Assembly: GCA_035627515.1 (NCBI GenBank)
Contig: DASPLQ010000012.1
Span: forward strand, 1,344,517 to 1,408,516
DNA from: Vitreimonas sp.
Lineage (GTDB): Bacteria; Patescibacteriota; Microgenomatia; UBA1400; PJMF01
DNA length: 64,000 nt
Direction: 5' to 3'
The notes below the pieces were generated by a model. That model made no database searches and was not told the DNA's origin. It saw nothing but the letters and a program-made list of their open reading frames with translations. Each line of letters begins with the position of its first letter. Position 1 is the first letter of the stretch. Of the stretch, positions 37,867-48,600 are shown one piece after another. The translations under genes and the position numbers were made by a program.

Positions 37867-38712
37867 TTACAGGGTGTTGACGCTCATCCAATCTTTTTTA
37901 GCATGTCCTTTTTGGAGTACTTTTTTATACTCTGCTAAGACTTCATCTAAAAATTTTATATCAAGGTCTTTTGCTAATTGCTTAACATACGTCAAGTCTT
38001 TGGTAATCCATTCAATTGAGAAAGTAATAGGGTCTGGTTCTTGGAAATACGTTTTTTGAGTTATTTGCGTAATAATGCCACCAGGCCGATCAGCTAAAGC
38101 TTCACTCACTTTAAGTAGATCCATGTCATACGCTTTAGCCAATTTCATAGCTTGTCCAAAACCCACGATATGGAGTGCTTGTAAAAAGTTTAGAATCAAT
38201 TTATATCTCATCCCATGTCCCTCAGGCCCAAAATGAATAACTTTTTTCGCAATAGCCCCGAGAGTGGATTCAATTTCTTTCAATACAACTTCTTGACCTC
38301 CACAAAGTAATGTCAAAGTGCCGGCTTCAGCTGCTACTCGGCCACCAGTTAATGCAATATCTAAAAACGACAAACCTTGCTTTTGGCATTTGTTAATTAA
38401 CTCATCAATCCATTCTACTGATAATGTAGCGCTAGCAATCAGGATAGTCCTCGGTTGCGCACCACTAAGAATTCCTTGACTACCCAGCCAAACTGCCTTA
38501 GATGATTCATCATTAGCCGTAACTTCGAAAACAATATCGGCTTTTTCTGCCACTTGAGCCGGACTTGAACAAATGACAGCCCCTTTCTTTTGAAATTCTT
38601 GGACTGTTGCTTCAGTTCTGTTCCACACCAAAACTTGATAACCATGCTTAAGAAAGTTATCTGCCATCCCTCTACCCATGATTCCCATACCAACAATGCC
38701 TATTTTTTTCAT
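37867..38712 (-). CDS. NAD(P)-dependent oxidoreductase, beta-hydroxyacid dehydrogenase family
   Basis: IGIVGMGIMG.GMA, VWNRT, GG..AA..GTL, KLILN, KDL. Confidence 0.9.
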   Translation of the reverse strand: MKKIGIVGMGIMGRGMADNFLKHGYQVLVWNRTEATVQEFQKKGAVICSSPAQVAEKADIVFEVTANDESSKAVWLGSQGILSGAQPRTILIASATLSVEWIDELINKCQKQGLSFLDIALTGGRVAAEAGTLTLLCGGQEVVLKEIESTLGAIAKKVIHFGPEGHGMRYKLILNFLQALHIVGFGQAMKLAKAYDMDLLKVSEALADRPGGIITQITQKTYFQEPDPITFSIEWITKDLTYVKQLAKDLDIKFLDEVLAEYKKVLQKGHAKKDWMSVNTL

Positions 38713-38756
38713 AATTAAGTGAGAGTTTAACGTAAGCACTCAATTTTTTCTACTCC

Positions 38757-38804
38757 GTCATTTAAAGTTTACAACCTTGCCTAAAAATGTAACTTTTAGA
38801 TGAC
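38757..38804. repeat. 48-bp 17-14-17 element, copy 3
   Basis: GTCATTTAAAGTTTACA-N14-TGTAACTTTTAGATGAC. Confidence 0.88.
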
Positions 38805-38875
38805 ATTTCTTTCAATTCAAGATCCCTTTGAAGACCTAGTTGGTTTTTAGACTTCTTAGGTTTAGGATAGGGAAG

Positions 38876-39220
38876 ATGTCAAATTCTCCTGAATTAAGTG
38901 TTGAAAGACTTATTGAAGCCAAGGAAGTCGTCGATCGAGCCTTAAAAAACTACAAACAAAATAAACACCTGCTCATTGATAGTTCTGCGCCTCGCACTGC
39001 AGAATATTATGCCAATGAAAAAGCGTATGAAGATAACCGTCGCACTTTACTGAGAAAACAAACTACTTTAGACCTTGTCTTACAAAGCTGGTATAGGTAC
39101 ATTCAAGAAACAAATTTATTTAGCCAAGTTGCCAGCTTGAATACTTTCTTAGCAGCCTTCGAGCACCTTCAAGCAGCTGATTTGCAAACTTTAGTTAATC
39201 AGATTTTGGAACCTACCTAA
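38876..39220 (+). CDS. Hypothetical protein
   Basis: MSNSPELSVE..., helical ORF. Confidence 0.6.
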   Translation: MSNSPELSVERLIEAKEVVDRALKNYKQNKHLLIDSSAPRTAEYYANEKAYEDNRRTLLRKQTTLDLVLQSWYRYIQETNLFSQVASLNTFLAAFEHLQAADLQTLVNQILEPT

Positions 39221-39755
39221 CCTCAAACTTTGACTCCACCACCGCCTCCTGTTGATTCACAAAGCAGCGGAGAACGTATAAATAGTCAGATAATCTATTC
39301 ACGTACTGGAACACCAAAGCCGAGACGGTAACGTCTTTGCTATACCGGACAATCAGCCGTTCTAACTTCCGAGCCACCGTCCGTGTCACGTCTAAGCGCG
39401 CAGCGGCTTCACTGCCTCCAGGAAATAAAAACTTGGTCGTCCAACCTTCAGCCATGTGTTGCTGCAATGACTCACTTATTGTTTCCAAAGCCAATAGTTG
39501 TTCTTTTTTTAACTTCGCCTTGGGCGAAAGTGCTAGCTCCGCGCCTATATAAAACAACGTCTCTTGAAGTTGTTTGAGGAACTGCTTGTGCTCTGCAAAC
39601 TCAGCTGATAGAGCCACCAAACTCAAGCCAATCCATGAACTTAATTCATCGACAGTCCCTAAGACCTCGAAAATCAACTCATCTTTGCCGACGCGTTGAC
39701 CATTGGCTAAGCCACTGACACCTTTATCCCCTGTTTTTGTGCTGACTGATAACAT
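39213..39755 (-). CDS. Cob(I)alamin adenosyltransferase, PduO-type
   Basis: TKTGDKG.S.L, GTVDEL.S, F.FPGG, RTVARK.ER, NRLSDYL. Confidence 0.9.
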   Translation of the reverse strand: MLSVSTKTGDKGVSGLANGQRVGKDELIFEVLGTVDELSSWIGLSLVALSAEFAEHKQFLKQLQETLFYIGAELALSPKAKLKKEQLLALETISESLQQHMAEGWTTKFLFPGGSEAAARLDVTRTVARKLERLIVRYSKDVTVSALVFQYVNRLSDYLYVLRCFVNQQEAVVESKFEVR

Positions 39756-39783
39756 AGCTTTATTATAACGGTATAATCAGTCT

Positions 39784-40773
39784 ATGCAGGTACATGTTCA
39801 CACTGACCCCACTATTTTTACCACCCAGGCAGAGGAGTACACCGCTTTACTCACCAGTGCAGATAATCCAGCTTTTTTCATGCTGCCTGAGTATCAAGCC
39901 GTGTGGTGGCATCACCTGGGCGAGGGTGAACTAGAAGTACTTGAATTTCGTAGTGATAAAGGCACTTTAGTGGGCTTGGCGCCGCTGTATAATCACAATG
40001 GCACATATCGCTTAGTGGGCGCAGTGGATGTGAGTGATTACTTAGATATTATTGTCACTTCCGCACATAAAGCTGAAGTTTATCAGGCTCTAATTAATTA
40101 CTTCCACGCTAAAGATGCTTGGGAACAACTCAAACTCGAAAGCCTAGCACATTCATCTCCAACCTTAACCGAACTCCCAGCTCTCGCGGCGGCTCAAGGG
40201 TGGCAAACCGAACAAAAACAGCAGGATGTGTGTCCAGTTCTCGCTTTACCGGCAAACTGGGAGGAGTACTTCAGTTCGCTCGACCTCACCGTCCAAAAGA
40301 ACTTCAAACGTTTACTGCGCAGTATTGGTGAAGAAGATGAGATCACGTATTCTGTGATCACTTCAGACAATGAAATTGAAGCCGCTATGAATGATTTCAT
40401 TCTTCTTCATAAACAATCAGGTGAAGAAAAAAAATTATTCTGGGATGAAAAAAAAGAAGCCTTTTTTAAAGAATTAGGTAAAACTCTGCTCACAGCTGGA
40501 TACTTAAAGTTATTCTTTTTATCAGTAAATGATGATCGTGCTGCGGCCTTAATGATCTTTGATTGGCACAATCTGTACTTACTTTACAATTCTGGATTCA
40601 ACGCCTATCGCTACGGACACATGGGAGTAGGGAATGCACTCATTTTACATACCATTCAGCAAGCCATCAAAGAAAAAAAAGGTATTTATGACTTTATGCG
40701 TGGCAATGAGAGCTATAAATTTCAATTTAGAGCACAACCACAAAATATCTTTGATCTGTTTATAACAAAATAA
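39784..40773 (+). CDS. GNAT acetyltransferase, CelD/BcsL-like
   Basis: LVGLAPL, SDYLD, YNSGF, YDFMRG.E.YK. Confidence 0.85.
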   Translation: MQVHVHTDPTIFTTQAEEYTALLTSADNPAFFMLPEYQAVWWHHLGEGELEVLEFRSDKGTLVGLAPLYNHNGTYRLVGAVDVSDYLDIIVTSAHKAEVYQALINYFHAKDAWEQLKLESLAHSSPTLTELPALAAAQGWQTEQKQQDVCPVLALPANWEEYFSSLDLTVQKNFKRLLRSIGEEDEITYSVITSDNEIEAAMNDFILLHKQSGEEKKLFWDEKKEAFFKELGKTLLTAGYLKLFFLSVNDDRAAALMIFDWHNLYLLYNSGFNAYRYGHMGVGNALILHTIQQAIKEKKGIYDFMRGNESYKFQFRAQPQNIFDLFITK

Positions 40774-40784
40774 ATTTTTGCCTT

Positions 40785-40821
40785 GTGAAAAGTCGTGAAA
40801 TATTGTGAAACGTGCGTGAAA
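40785..40821 (+). repeat. Four GTGAAA hexamers at 10-11 bp spacing
   Basis: Copies start at 40785, 40795, 40805 and 40816, between convergent genes. Confidence 0.6.
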
Positions 40822-40824
40822 ATA

Positions 40825-41526
40825 TTAAATCTTCTGAAAAATCTCTTGTTTAGCTAGCCATTGTTGACCAGCTTCAGTTGCTGACACTAACTGGTAGAGC
40901 TCGTGCATATTTTCTCGGGCGCTCATGTGCTCTCGTGGTGTTTTCAAAGCCTGAGATTTATGTAAATCCATGGCTTTAATTTTTATGTCACGCAACTCAG
41001 TTACATTTACTACATGAGTCGTAGGTAAGTTTTTATTAAAAACGTAGCGCCATTTTCCCGCATCTACCTGAAAAAAGGTGTGAAAGAAAACTGCAGGAGT
41101 GTATGCAGACTTTTGGACTGCCAAAGTACTCGCAATGGAGACAGCCACGTGATCCAAGTGATAATACCAACCAGTGTGATCAAAGGTGACGAGCACGTCC
41201 GGTTGGTACTCATCAATCAGCGATACGCAGTCATTGAGCAGTCGACCCCATACATCCAGGTTATTAATTTGACCATCAGCATAATCTAGAATTTGACCCT
41301 CAGCGCCCAGCAACGCACATACGGCTGCAAACTCCTGTCTCCGCACCCCGGCCAAACCACCTGCTGCCTCTAACTCTTCCTGAGTCACCTCAATCACCGT
41401 GCTGGCTTCACCGGCAGTCATCGACACAATTTTCACCTGATGCCCCTGATCCGTTAAGAGTTTAATGGTCCCACCACACCCAATCGTTTCATCATCGGGA
41501 TGGGCAAATAAAAAGAGGAATTTCAT
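40825..41526 (-). CDS. PIG-L family deacetylase
   Basis: FAHPDDE, T.GE, RRQE, H.DH, HKSQ. Confidence 0.92.
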   Translation of the reverse strand: MKFLFLFAHPDDETIGCGGTIKLLTDQGHQVKIVSMTAGEASTVIEVTQEELEAAGGLAGVRRQEFAAVCALLGAEGQILDYADGQINNLDVWGRLLNDCVSLIDEYQPDVLVTFDHTGWYYHLDHVAVSIASTLAVQKSAYTPAVFFHTFFQVDAGKWRYVFNKNLPTTHVVNVTELRDIKIKAMDLHKSQALKTPREHMSARENMHELYQLVSATEAGQQWLAKQEIFQKI

Positions 41527-41563
41527 AAATTGAAAGGTGGTTGTATGATAGCGCTACCAGTTT

Positions 41564-41785
41564 ATGGAAACCAGCGCAGAAATACCTTACCATTTAAGTG
41601 AAGCAGCTCGTACCCAACGACATCACGATGCTAAAACTATCATGGCTATTTTTGCCACTATTGTCAGCGGTTTTGCCTATCCACCGTTAACCGTAATTTA
41701 TGGTGGCATGGCTACTTGGCAACTGCGGTTAGCGCTCAGAGCTCGGTCGGCAAGTGATAGCTCAGCTGAGAAACTCGTCAGCTAA
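41564..41785 (+). CDS. Small hypothetical membrane protein
   Basis: 73-aa ORF with a hydrophobic hairpin. Confidence 0.5.
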   Translation: METSAEIPYHLSEAARTQRHHDAKTIMAIFATIVSGFAYPPLTVIYGGMATWQLRLALRARSASDSSAEKLVS

Positions 41786-41824
41786 AGATGACACTTTTTG
41801 TCTAAAGTGTAACTTTTAAATGAC
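41777..41824. repeat. 48-bp 17-14-17 element, copy 4 (left arm degenerate)
   Basis: GTCAGCTAAAGATGACA-N14-TGTAACTTTTAAATGAC. Confidence 0.8.
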
Positions 41825-41830
41825 AGTTTG

Positions 41831-42583
41831 TTACTTTGAACCACCCCGTTGCCACTTCACACCTTCCAAGAGGGGGGCATAGGCGTCATCTTCCAGCTCA
41901 ATTTTTAATGCGGCTAATTCTTCTGCTGTTGGCACATGATCCTGAAACTCAATCTCTTTAATGTCTTCTACTACTGCTAGGGGGGTAGATTCGTTGCCTT
42001 CGCCCATTTCTAAAACTGCAGCTGTAGTGACGCTTTGCATGACATTCACTTGTTCCATTTTCATTAACCGGCCAAATAAATCTGGCTTGTCAATGTAACT
42101 TCGCAAGGGATTAAAACCACAATGTGCAATGGCATGACCTACTACACCCCAGTTGAGAGGAATACTACTGCTATCCGACATTGTGACGCCTACCTCTTTG
42201 AGACCATAGTGCGAGCGTAAAAACGCCCAGACATTATTGACTGACTTTTGTAAATCTGCTGGCCATAAAATATATTGATTATCAGCATTTGATTCATCGA
42301 TACCAGCTGACATGAACATCCAGTTGCCTTTGATTGTCAACATCAAGCCATACTTAGATGAGTGGGGATCGGTATATAACTCGGCTTCTTTTTTGACTAA
42401 CTCGAATTTTTCTTTACGTTCACCAGTCACTTTTGGCACAAAGCGGCCTTCACAAGTGCTGACGATTTTCGAGGCAATCACCACCACACTTCGCTCAGGG
42501 AGAGAGGGTATAGCATCAGCAATAACTTTAAAGAGATCGTCATTTTTTTTGACTAGGGGAGTTTTGTAGGCAGTGACCTTCAT
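41831..42583 (-). CDS. CofE-like (F420-0:gamma-glutamyl ligase family) protein
   Basis: VVVIASKIVS..EG, AGIDESN, SDS, DLFGR, MGEG.E.TP. Confidence 0.88.
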   Translation of the reverse strand: MKVTAYKTPLVKKNDDLFKVIADAIPSLPERSVVVIASKIVSTCEGRFVPKVTGERKEKFELVKKEAELYTDPHSSKYGLMLTIKGNWMFMSAGIDESNADNQYILWPADLQKSVNNVWAFLRSHYGLKEVGVTMSDSSSIPLNWGVVGHAIAHCGFNPLRSYIDKPDLFGRLMKMEQVNVMQSVTTAAVLEMGEGNESTPLAVVEDIKEIEFQDHVPTAEELAALKIELEDDAYAPLLEGVKWQRGGSK

Positions 42584-42611
42584 AGGCTTATTGTACAATA
42601 GAGGCATCTTT

Positions 42612-44897
42612 ATGGCATTTGAACTCGCCTCCCAATTTCAACCCACCGGTGACCAACCTCTAGCAATTGAGCAGCTAAGTGGAGGGATTGCAGGTGGCCA
42701 AAAACACCAAACATTGTTGGGTGTGACTGGCTCAGGTAAAACCTTTACTATGGCCAATGTCATCCAACAAACACAATTACCTACCTTAATCATTGCTCAC
42801 AACAAGACCTTAGCCGCTCAACTCTATCAGGAATTTCGCGATTTTTTCCCTCATAATGCCGTCAGCTACTTTGTATCTTATTACGACTACTACCAACCTG
42901 AAGCTTATATCGCTTCGACTGATACCTACATTGAAAAAGAAGCCACTATTAATGACGAAATTGACCGTTTGCGCTTAGCAACTACGACTAATTTATTGAC
43001 TCGCCCTGATGTAATTGTTGTTGCCTCGGTGTCGTGTATTTATAACTTAGGTTCCCCGGTTGAGTATGGACGGTATCTTTTAGAAATTGTCGAGGGCGAA
43101 GTTATATCTCGCCAAACTTTGTTATTACAGTTAGCTAATTTACAGTATGACCGCTCAGATGCTGAGCTGCGTCGCGGCACCTTCCGAATGAGAGGCGATA
43201 GTATTCAACTCTGGCCTGCGTATGAAGATACCGCTCTACGGATCGACACATTGGAAAACCGCATTACTTCAATTGATAGAATCGATCCAGTAACGGGCTC
43301 GGTAATTGAGGAACCCAAAACTAAAGCTCCTATTTTCAGCGATCAACCTAGTTTAAAACGTTATGTGATTTACCCGGCTAAGCACTACGTCGTTAACCCT
43401 AAAACTCAGGAACAAGCCCTGGCGGATATCAAGCGTGACTTAGATGCACAGTTAGCTGAGTTTAAAGCTCATGGCAAAACTATTGAAGCGTATCGTTTGG
43501 AACAAAAAGTTACCTATGATATGGAGATGATTAAAGAGTTTGGTTTCGTAAATGGCATCGAAAACTACTCTCGCTATTTCGATGGTCGTAAACCTGGAGA
43601 TGCTCCCTTCACACTCCTTGATTATTTCTTAGAAAATGCCCGGCTTTTTAATCAAGGACGGTACTTAACATTCATCGACGAAAGTCACATCAGTGTGCCG
43701 CAAATCCGCGGCATGCACCACGGAGATCGCTCGCGTAAAGAAACCTTAATTCAGTATGGCTTTCGGCTCCCCAGTGCTCTTGATAACCGGCCACTGCAAT
43801 TTCATGAGTTTCAACTGCGCACACCACAAACTATTTATGTTTCGGCCACGCCCAATGAGTGGGAAATCTCTCAATCGAATGGACAAGTCACTGAACAATT
43901 GATTCGCCCCACTGGCTTAATTGACCCTGAGATTGAACTCCGCCGGAGCGAAGGCCAAATTGAAGATCTAATTATTGAAATTATCACCCGCAAAGCTATT
44001 GGTCAAAGAACCTTGGTCACTACCCTGACCAAACGTATGGCAGAAGCTCTAACAGAATACTTGAATGATGAAGGTAAAGTCCGCAAATTGGTCCGCAACT
44101 TCCGTGACCGAAAAGAGCAGCAACAAAATCAAGTGAATCCTGAAGCCGTCATTTCTCACCACGATGAACTGCCGATCGACAACATGGAGATTGGCAAAAT
44201 TCCTGACCAGTACCTTAGTCAAGCTAAACTACCTGAAGCATCTAAACTCACGGCTGATGCTTTATTACTTCCCAAAGTTGCCTACTTGCATTCAGACATT
44301 GAAACACTAGAACGCTCAGACATTTTAGATGATTTACGTCGTGGCGTTTATGACGTGGTGGTAGGAATTAACTTACTGCGGGAAGGCTTGGACCTCCCAG
44401 AAGTAACGTTGGTGGCGATTTTAGATGCCGATAAAGAAGGTTTCTTGCGTTCTCGCACGTCCTTAATCCAGACTCTCGGTAGGGCCGCGCGTCATTCTGA
44501 GGGTAGAGCGATTCTGTATGCCGATAAATTGACGCTGTCCATGAAGGCAGCCATACAGGAAACCTTACGCCGACGTCATATTCAAATCAAGTTTAACGAG
44601 CAGCACGGCATTACTCCCCAAACAATTGTTAAACCCATTCGCGATCGAATGATTGAGAAAAAAGAAGAGGAAGACGAATCTGATTCTAAAAACACTGCTA
44701 AGAAAAAAGCCGGTGTGATTGTTCATCTTAGCAAAAAAGAAAGTGTGAATCTGAGTGAACTGGAGCCAGACAACTTAACACCTGGTGAAAAGAAACGCAT
44801 GGCAGACAAACTTCGTCGTCGCATGAAACAAGCTGCCAATGATATGGATTTTGAGTTAGCGGCGATGATTCGCGATGTAGTCAATAGTTTTGAATAA
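42612..44897 (+). CDS. uvrB: Excinuclease ABC subunit B
   Basis: GVTGSGKT, YYDYYQPEAY, DESH, GINLLREGLD, GRAAR, C-terminal UVR domain. Confidence 0.98.
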   Translation: MAFELASQFQPTGDQPLAIEQLSGGIAGGQKHQTLLGVTGSGKTFTMANVIQQTQLPTLIIAHNKTLAAQLYQEFRDFFPHNAVSYFVSYYDYYQPEAYIASTDTYIEKEATINDEIDRLRLATTTNLLTRPDVIVVASVSCIYNLGSPVEYGRYLLEIVEGEVISRQTLLLQLANLQYDRSDAELRRGTFRMRGDSIQLWPAYEDTALRIDTLENRITSIDRIDPVTGSVIEEPKTKAPIFSDQPSLKRYVIYPAKHYVVNPKTQEQALADIKRDLDAQLAEFKAHGKTIEAYRLEQKVTYDMEMIKEFGFVNGIENYSRYFDGRKPGDAPFTLLDYFLENARLFNQGRYLTFIDESHISVPQIRGMHHGDRSRKETLIQYGFRLPSALDNRPLQFHEFQLRTPQTIYVSATPNEWEISQSNGQVTEQLIRPTGLIDPEIELRRSEGQIEDLIIEIITRKAIGQRTLVTTLTKRMAEALTEYLNDEGKVRKLVRNFRDRKEQQQNQVNPEAVISHHDELPIDNMEIGKIPDQYLSQAKLPEASKLTADALLLPKVAYLHSDIETLERSDILDDLRRGVYDVVVGINLLREGLDLPEVTLVAILDADKEGFLRSRTSLIQTLGRAARHSEGRAILYADKLTLSMKAAIQETLRRRHIQIKFNEQHGITPQTIVKPIRDRMIEKKEEEDESDSKNTAKKKAGVIVHLSKKESVNLSELEPDNLTPGEKKRMADKLRRRMKQAANDMDFELAAMIRDVVNSFE

Positions 44898-44902
44898 GCT
44901 GT

Positions 44903-45538
44903 TTAAGTACTTGATGCTAAAAGAAATTTTTTAGTCAGTTTTAATCTCACCTCTCTCAATCTTCTCAGGCGATTCCTTAACTTTTTTAAACGTTCGAAAG
45001 CATCGTGATCAACAACTTGTTGAAAAACTTCTGCATCCATATCATATCCCGCACTATCTTCTAATTCTTCTACAATCAGGTCTATTTTTCCTATTTCTGT
45101 TAAAATTAAGGCGTCAACTTCTTCAACAGGGGTAAGCATTTTTTTTATCTCACCCTTTTTAATAAGTTCATTTATTTTATTGGCGCTTAACCAATACTCC
45201 AAAATTTTAATTCGCGTGATATAACTTAGGGTTTTTTCACGATTATTAAGATGTGAAACAATTTGGAGTGTATTCCAATTTTCTTTTAAAAGAGTAATGA
45301 GTTGAGATGTATTACATTCATTATCTTGCTTCATATCACAATCATCCATTAGCTGCTTCAACTCTTCCTGATAGTTATCAGCGTTGTGAATCCTACTAAA
45401 TAGCTCCCCAAGTTCTTCATCAATACATGAATAAGAATATAAAAAATTTTCATAGGAGAGTTTTGCAATCCGTGTTTTTTGTTCAGCTTTAAAAGCACTC
45501 CCATAGTCTATTTCATTCATCATAATTAAGAGCATCAT
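44903..45538 (-). CDS. Hypothetical helical protein (AT-rich orphan between uvrB and uvrA)
   Basis: 211-aa ORF opposite to its neighbours. Confidence 0.7.
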   Translation of the reverse strand: MMLLIMMNEIDYGSAFKAEQKTRIAKLSYENFLYSYSCIDEELGELFSRIHNADNYQEELKQLMDDCDMKQDNECNTSQLITLLKENWNTLQIVSHLNNREKTLSYITRIKILEYWLSANKINELIKKGEIKKMLTPVEEVDALILTEIGKIDLIVEELEDSAGYDMDAEVFQQVVDHDAFERLKKLRNRLRRLREVRLKLTKKFLLASST

Positions 45539-45622
45539 ACACTACCCCATACTCGACATAAAGTCTCTTTCCTGCTACACTGATAATTCGCATTTTATTG
45601 GTGCTTTTCATGGTTTTAACTT

Positions 45623-48600
45623 ATGGCAACAAAAAAATCAGACAATAATAATCAAAATATTCAAAACTACATCACCGTCACCGGTGCTCGTGAGCACAAT
45701 CTCAAAAATGTGACGTTGAACATTCCCAAAAACCAGTTAGTAGTCTTTACTGGTTTATCGGGAAGTGGCAAAAGTTCATTGGCCTTTGATACTTTGTATG
45801 CTGAGGGGCAACGACGATATGTGGAAAGCTTGAGCTCGTACGCTCGTCAATTTTTGGGCGTGATGAGCAAGCCAGAAGTTGATCAAATTGATGGCTTATC
45901 TCCGGCTATTTCGATTGATCAAAAAACTACTTCTCATAATCCACGGTCGACAGTGGGAACAATTACGGAAATTTACGATTACCTGCGACTGTTATTTGCA
46001 CGGGTCGGCCATCCGCATTGTCCTAATTGTGGCCGGGAAATTGCCACACAAAGTATCGATCAAATCGTGGGCCACATCATGACCCAAACAGACCAAAGCC
46101 TGGACCAAATTGTACGGATCATGATTTTGTCGCCAGTGGTGCGGGATCGTAAGGGTGAGTTTAGTGCCCTGTTTACCAGTTTGCAGAAACAAGGTTATTC
46201 ACGCGTCCGCATCGATGGCAGTCACTACAATTTAGCTGATGATTTAACGTTGATTAAAACCAACCGTCACACTATTGAAGTGGTTTTAGATCGGTTAAGT
46301 ATTTCTCAGAAACAACTCAAAGACGAGAGCGAGCGTAAAGCTTTCCGGACCAGAATTTCGCAATCAATCGAACAAGCTCTCAAACTCTCAGATGGTTTTG
46401 CGGTGGCATCATTTATTCATGATCAAAGTTTCGAGTTTCCCAATGACCCGCAGGATGTTGATGACCGGTTATTTAGTGAAAAATTAGCTTGTAGTGTCTG
46501 CGGTATCTCAATTTCTGAACTTGAACCTCGCTTGTTTTCTTTTAACTCACCCCAAGGAGCTTGCCCTACATGTAATGGTTTGGGCTCCTTACTCAAAATT
46601 TCAGTGGATAAAATTTTGGCCCCCAGTTTGACTTTGAGTGAAGGAGCAATTATTCCCTTTGCTAAAAACTTGAGCTCTGACACTTGGTGGTCGCGCTTAG
46701 TAGAAACCGTGGTAGAAAAAGCTGGTTATGATTTCCGCCGCACACCATTTCAAGATTTTGACGAAGAAACACAACATACTTTGCTCAACGGTTCGCCAAA
46801 AGTATATCGGGTCAGCGGTGAAAACCGTTTTGGTCGCTCTACTGCGATTGAAGAAAAATTTGAGGGTTTTATTCCGTCGCTGGAACGCAAATATAATGAA
46901 ACCGAATCGGAATATATTCGCAAAGACATCGAACAATACATGCAGCGCCAAGTCTGTCCCACTTGTGATGGCGCACGTTTGAAAGAAGAAGCGCTATCAG
47001 TCACGATTGAAGGTAAGAATATTTCGCAAATTACTAGCCTCGCTATTAATCGTGCCTTGGAATGGGCTCGAACCTTGAAGAATGGTCAAATTCTGTCAGT
47101 GAAAGAACGAGCAATTGGCGATTCTATTTTGAAGGAAATTGTAGCTCGCTTAGAGTTTTTAAGTTCAGTTGGTTTAAATTACTTAAGTCTGCATCGTGAA
47201 GCCTCAACGCTAGCAGGTGGTGAAGCACAACGTATCCGATTAGCCTCGCAAATAGGCACCGGTTTAACGGGGGTGCTGTATATTTTGGATGAACCAACAA
47301 TTGGCTTGCATCAGCGTGATAACCATCAGCTTATCCAAACACTCAAAAATTTGCGTGACAAAGGCAATAGTGTGGTGGTAGTAGAGCACGATCGAGACGT
47401 GATGTTGGCTTCAGATTATATATTTGATTTTGGACCAAAGGCCGGACAGGGTGGAGGACAAGTGGTGGCAGAAGGCGAGCCAACAGCCATCATGAAAAAC
47501 TCAGCTTCTTTGACTGGTAAATATCTTGGTCGCAAAAAAGACGTCCACCGGGACCGCACACAAGCTATTAATGGTGTGGGCTCTGAGCGCAGTGTGATTG
47601 ATCCTGACTCCGAAGCTCAAGCGATCTCAACTGCTCAAGCATTACGGATTAGCGGCGCTACCCATCATAATCTCAAAGGTATTGAAGTAGATTTTCCACT
47701 TAATACTTTGACCTGTATCACTGGTATTTCAGGATCCGGAAAATCTACCTTACTTCATGATACTCTCTATGCCAATTTAGCTGAGAAACTTGGTAAAAAA
47801 AGTGAGATCATGCCGGGACATGTGGATCGCATTAGTATTCCTGACATTGTTCGTCGCGTCACTTTAATTGATCAAAGTCCAATTGGAAAAACTCCTCGCT
47901 CTAACCCCGCCACTTACACCAAAATTTTTGACTACATTCGTAATTTATTTACCAATACCCAAGAGGCCCGCATGCGTGGTTTCAATGTTGGCCGGTTTAG
48001 TTTCAACGTTAAAGGCGGCCGGTGTGAAGCTTGTGAAGGAGAAGGTCAAATCAAAATCGAGATGCAGTTCCTTCCTGATGTGTACGTGGATTGTGACGTC
48101 TGTTTAGGAAAACGTTACAATGAAGAAACTTTACAAGTCACGTACAAAGATAAAAATATTGCTGATGTCCTGAAATTAAGCGTTGATGAAGCATATGAAT
48201 TTTTCAACACTAACTCTACCCTGCGACAGAAATTAAAAACCTTACAAGATGTTGGCTTGGGCTATATTGAGCTAGGTCAACCCGCTCCCACGCTCAGTGG
48301 CGGTGAAGCCCAACGCGTCAAACTGGCTAAAGAACTCTCAGGTAGAACCAGCGAACACGTCGTGTATCTTTTAGACGAACCGACCACAGGTTTACACTTT
48401 GCTGATGTCCAGAACCTGCTAAATGTCCTTCATCAGCTGGTGGGCCAAAACAATACCGTGATTGTGATTGAACATAATTTAGACGTCATCAAAAATGCCG
48501 ACTGGATTATCGATTTGGGACCTGAGGGTGGTGAACAAGGTGGTGAGATCGTGGCCGTAGGACCGCCCGAAGTAGTAGCCACCACTCCGCAATCGTTTAC

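Noticed and set aside
2845-41824. CRISPR array, integron attC or dif sites as explanation of the 48-bp repeat
   Set aside because: Copies are dispersed with no spacers or cas genes; the geometry is not 11-6-11 (dif) and lacks the RYYYAAC/GTTRRRY ends of attC
44064-44273. Intein in uvrB
   Set aside because: Too short and lacks an N-terminal Cys/Ser and the C-terminal His-Asn motif
45879-48107. Numerous 60-100 aa ORFs nested in or antisense to uvrA and other long genes
   Set aside because: Shadow ORFs of well-conserved genes with no independent motifs or start signals
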